Positions 26,384-28,223 of a stretch of 28,223 bases of DNA are shown here, one piece after another. The notes beneath the pieces were generated by a model. The model was not told the DNA's origin, ran no database searches, and worked only from the letters and a program-made list of their open reading frames with translations. Position numbers and translations under genes: made by a program. Positions within the stretch are counted from its first letter, which is position 1; every line of letters begins with the position of its first letter. The DNA comes from a virus (taxonomy: Duplodnaviria; Caudoviricetes), in the IMG/VR virus record IMGVR_UViG_3300020045_002403, positions 1-28,223 of that record. One strand, 5' to 3'.

Positions 26384-27169
26384 TCACTTCCTTATTAGTA
26401 TTGTTATTATCTCTCTTAAATTGGTTTCGTTGAAGCTACACTCTTCTATCCATCTCTTAAACATCATAGCGTGAGCAACCTTTAAAATGCGTCTATCATG
26501 GTCTTCAGTCGTTTCTTCAGGTTGCATTGGTGAATCCCGTTTCTTTTTTGGTGTGATAAGTCTTGCCTGTTGACCAATTGCAATTCTCGTTTCTTTGTCG
26601 CCTGACATCTCAGGAAAATATACTTTTAAGTCATCAAATAAAATCCACCCGTTTAAATCTGTGAATGGATAAACGCCAGTTTCACAAAACTTTTCATAAG
26701 GATCAAATAAGTTCCTTTCGTAATAATCCAATTCGTTAAAAGGTTTCTCAATATAAGTAACCGTTTTTAGTTGCGATAGTTCAAACGCCCTGTATCTTTT
26801 GAACGCTCCAAGAACGTTGCCTAAAAATAGATTTGAAAGTTTATTAAAGTGACTTTCTTTGTAATCTAATTTTCCAGCACAGTACAAATCAAAAGCGTTG
26901 TCTAATTCAAATCGGTTTATATCCTTACATTCTTTGAAAAGGAATCTACAAAGTTCTTTTTCTTCTGCCTCTGTGACGGGTTCGTGTATTCCGATTCTAA
27001 ACTGAATCGCTATTAAAGTCTTACGAACTTCAAGCCACTGAGAATCATTCGGACGGTTTGGGTATTGTCTAAACTTTATCGAACGTTTCGACTGTTCCGC
27101 TATTCTCATCGGCTCTGTTAAAAGCGGATTCAAATTTGTCGTGTCTTGTTTGCTTGGTAGGTTTTCCAT
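26384..27169 (-). CDS. Hypothetical protein, possibly replication-associated
   Basis: 261 aa with ELDNAFDLYCAGKLD..HF..LS..FLG.VL..F..YR; function is inference from context. Confidence 0.65.
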   Translation of the reverse strand: MENLPSKQDTTNLNPLLTEPMRIAEQSKRSIKFRQYPNRPNDSQWLEVRKTLIAIQFRIGIHEPVTEAEEKELCRFLFKECKDINRFELDNAFDLYCAGKLDYKESHFNKLSNLFLGNVLGAFKRYRAFELSQLKTVTYIEKPFNELDYYERNLFDPYEKFCETGVYPFTDLNGWILFDDLKVYFPEMSGDKETRIAIGQQARLITPKKKRDSPMQPEETTEDHDRRILKVAHAMMFKRWIEECSFNETNLREIITILIRK

Positions 27170-27515
27170 TGTTAAAAGTTTTTTGGTTCTTATTCCATCT
27201 CTCCAATCTTTTTTTTATGTCGAATACTTTTTCTTTTTCAAAGCGCATCTTCTTTGAAGTAACACTATGTTCGCTCCAATAATGAAAGAACTCACCAAGC
27301 ATTAAAGATGGGTAATCATTTATAAATTCTAAAATCGAATCGTTAAATATCTCTCTTCTTTCTTCAATGGTCTTTGATTCTTTCTTTGGAGTGAATTGAG
27401 AGGCGTATTCAGATAAAATTTTTTCAATAACTTCTCTCTTTTGAAATAACCAATCGTTAGGATTGTTATTGTGATACAACGTTAGGAAGTCTTTTATTGA
27501 TTCTGGTGTTTTCAT
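27069..27515 (-). CDS. Hypothetical protein resembling the C-terminal part of phage replication proteins
   Basis: EFFHYWSE...KMRFEKEKVFDIKKRLERW. Confidence 0.6.
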   Translation of the reverse strand: MKTPESIKDFLTLYHNNNPNDWLFQKREVIEKILSEYASQFTPKKESKTIEERREIFNDSILEFINDYPSLMLGEFFHYWSEHSVTSKKMRFEKEKVFDIKKRLERWNKNQKTFNNGKPTKQTRHDKFESAFNRADENSGTVETFDKV

Positions 27516-27527
27516 AATTTATTTATT

Positions 27528-27833
27528 TTATTCTGCGATATAGATTGCTGTTGGTTTAATATGCGTTTCCACTTTATCGTAATTCCATTCTTCAACTGGC
27601 TCTGTGTTTGGCGTTTTTTCGCACCTAACCGCATAATGAATCTGACACCCAGCAACAATTACGTGGTTTTCGTGTGTACCTATTTTGGCAAACCAATTAG
27701 CGGAATTTCGATTAGTCGCAACGCCTAAAAAAGAATCACTTAGTATTTCGATGGTTCCCCAAACTGCTCTGTAAAGTTTTCCGTCAGGAGCAAAAAACCA
27801 TTCGTTTGTTGTAATTAAATATTTTCCCTTCAT
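27528..27833 (-). CDS. Hypothetical protein
   Basis: 101 aa (WFFAPDGK.YRAVWG...IVAGCQIHYAV). Confidence 0.7.
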   Translation of the reverse strand: MKGKYLITTNEWFFAPDGKLYRAVWGTIEILSDSFLGVATNRNSANWFAKIGTHENHVIVAGCQIHYAVRCEKTPNTEPVEEWNYDKVETHIKPTAIYIAE

Positions 27834-27862
27834 GTTTTTAGTTTAGTGTTTTTAATCAATGG

Positions 27863-28087
27863 TTAAGTGTGAATTATTTTAGGTTGTTTAAGTAGTTCTA
27901 ACCTTTCTTTTGCCTCAATCAAATTATCATATTCCGCAATGGCTTTGTAGTAAAAATAAGAGTAGCGTAGTGACGGTTGCCAAGTGTATTGCTGAATGGT
28001 AAACTTTCCATCGTATTCTAATATTCTAAATTCGGGCTGTGATAACTCAACCACATTTTCTTTTTTTATTCTTCTAAAGATATTCAT
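27863..28087 (-). CDS. Hypothetical protein
   Basis: 74-aa ATG ORF. Confidence 0.65.
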   Translation of the reverse strand: MNIFRRIKKENVVELSQPEFRILEYDGKFTIQQYTWQPSLRYSYFYYKAIAEYDNLIEAKERLELLKQPKIIHT

Positions 28088-28152
28088 ATTCTTTTTTTTA
28101 GTGTTTCAATCCTTTGTTTAATCCAACTGACTAAAGGGGTTAATAAATTATT

Positions 28153-28223
28153 TTACACATGAATTATTGCTGGTAATTTTAATTTTTCTAACCGTTCTTT
28201 TGCTTCTTCCAGAGTATTATATT
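28153..28223 (-). CDS. 5'-truncated paralog of 27863..28087
   Basis: Translates ...YNTLEEAKERLEKLKLPAIIHV*, versus ...YDNLIEAKERLELLKQPKIIHT*. Confidence 0.6.
   Translation of the reverse strand, partial: YNTLEEAKERLEKLKLPAIIHV

Noticed and set aside
1-28223. Diversity-generating retroelement, tRNA genes, integrase, endolysin/holin module, alternative genetic code
   Set aside because: I recognised no reverse transcriptase, adenine-variable repeat pair, cloverleaf, recombinase or lysis cassette. Genes tile densely under the standard code with TAA, TGA and TAG all used as stops.

Overview
A 28 kb fragment of an AT-rich tailed dsDNA phage (siphovirus-like). The host is probably Bacteroidota/Flavobacteriia, inferred from gene families, A-rich non-Shine-Dalgarno leaders and a TAnnTTTG-like promoter. 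All credible genes are on the minus strand. In transcription order (right to left) they are: small replication-region genes; an SSB-like gene and RecT; small hypotheticals; a 3D-domain protein; a methyltransferase/glycosyltransferase cluster; an ECF-type sigma factor; TerS and TerL; a tail chaperone with a -1 frameshift; tail genes; tape measure; XkdF-like protease; scaffold; major capsid; putative tail tube; and portal (truncated at the window edge). The most striking unannotated structure is five attC-like hairpin sites (TAAC...stem-loop...GTTA) forming two small gene-cassette arrays at 20783-21349 and 25268-26383. Their flanking arms are permuted as expected if three single-gene cassettes had inserted site-specifically into two resident sites, which suggests an integron-like cassette system in a phage, with no integrase in the window. 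A candidate late promoter, TTACAA-N14-CGTTT, occurs three times and plausibly belongs to the phage sigma factor. All product calls come from motif recognition by eye; no database search was run.
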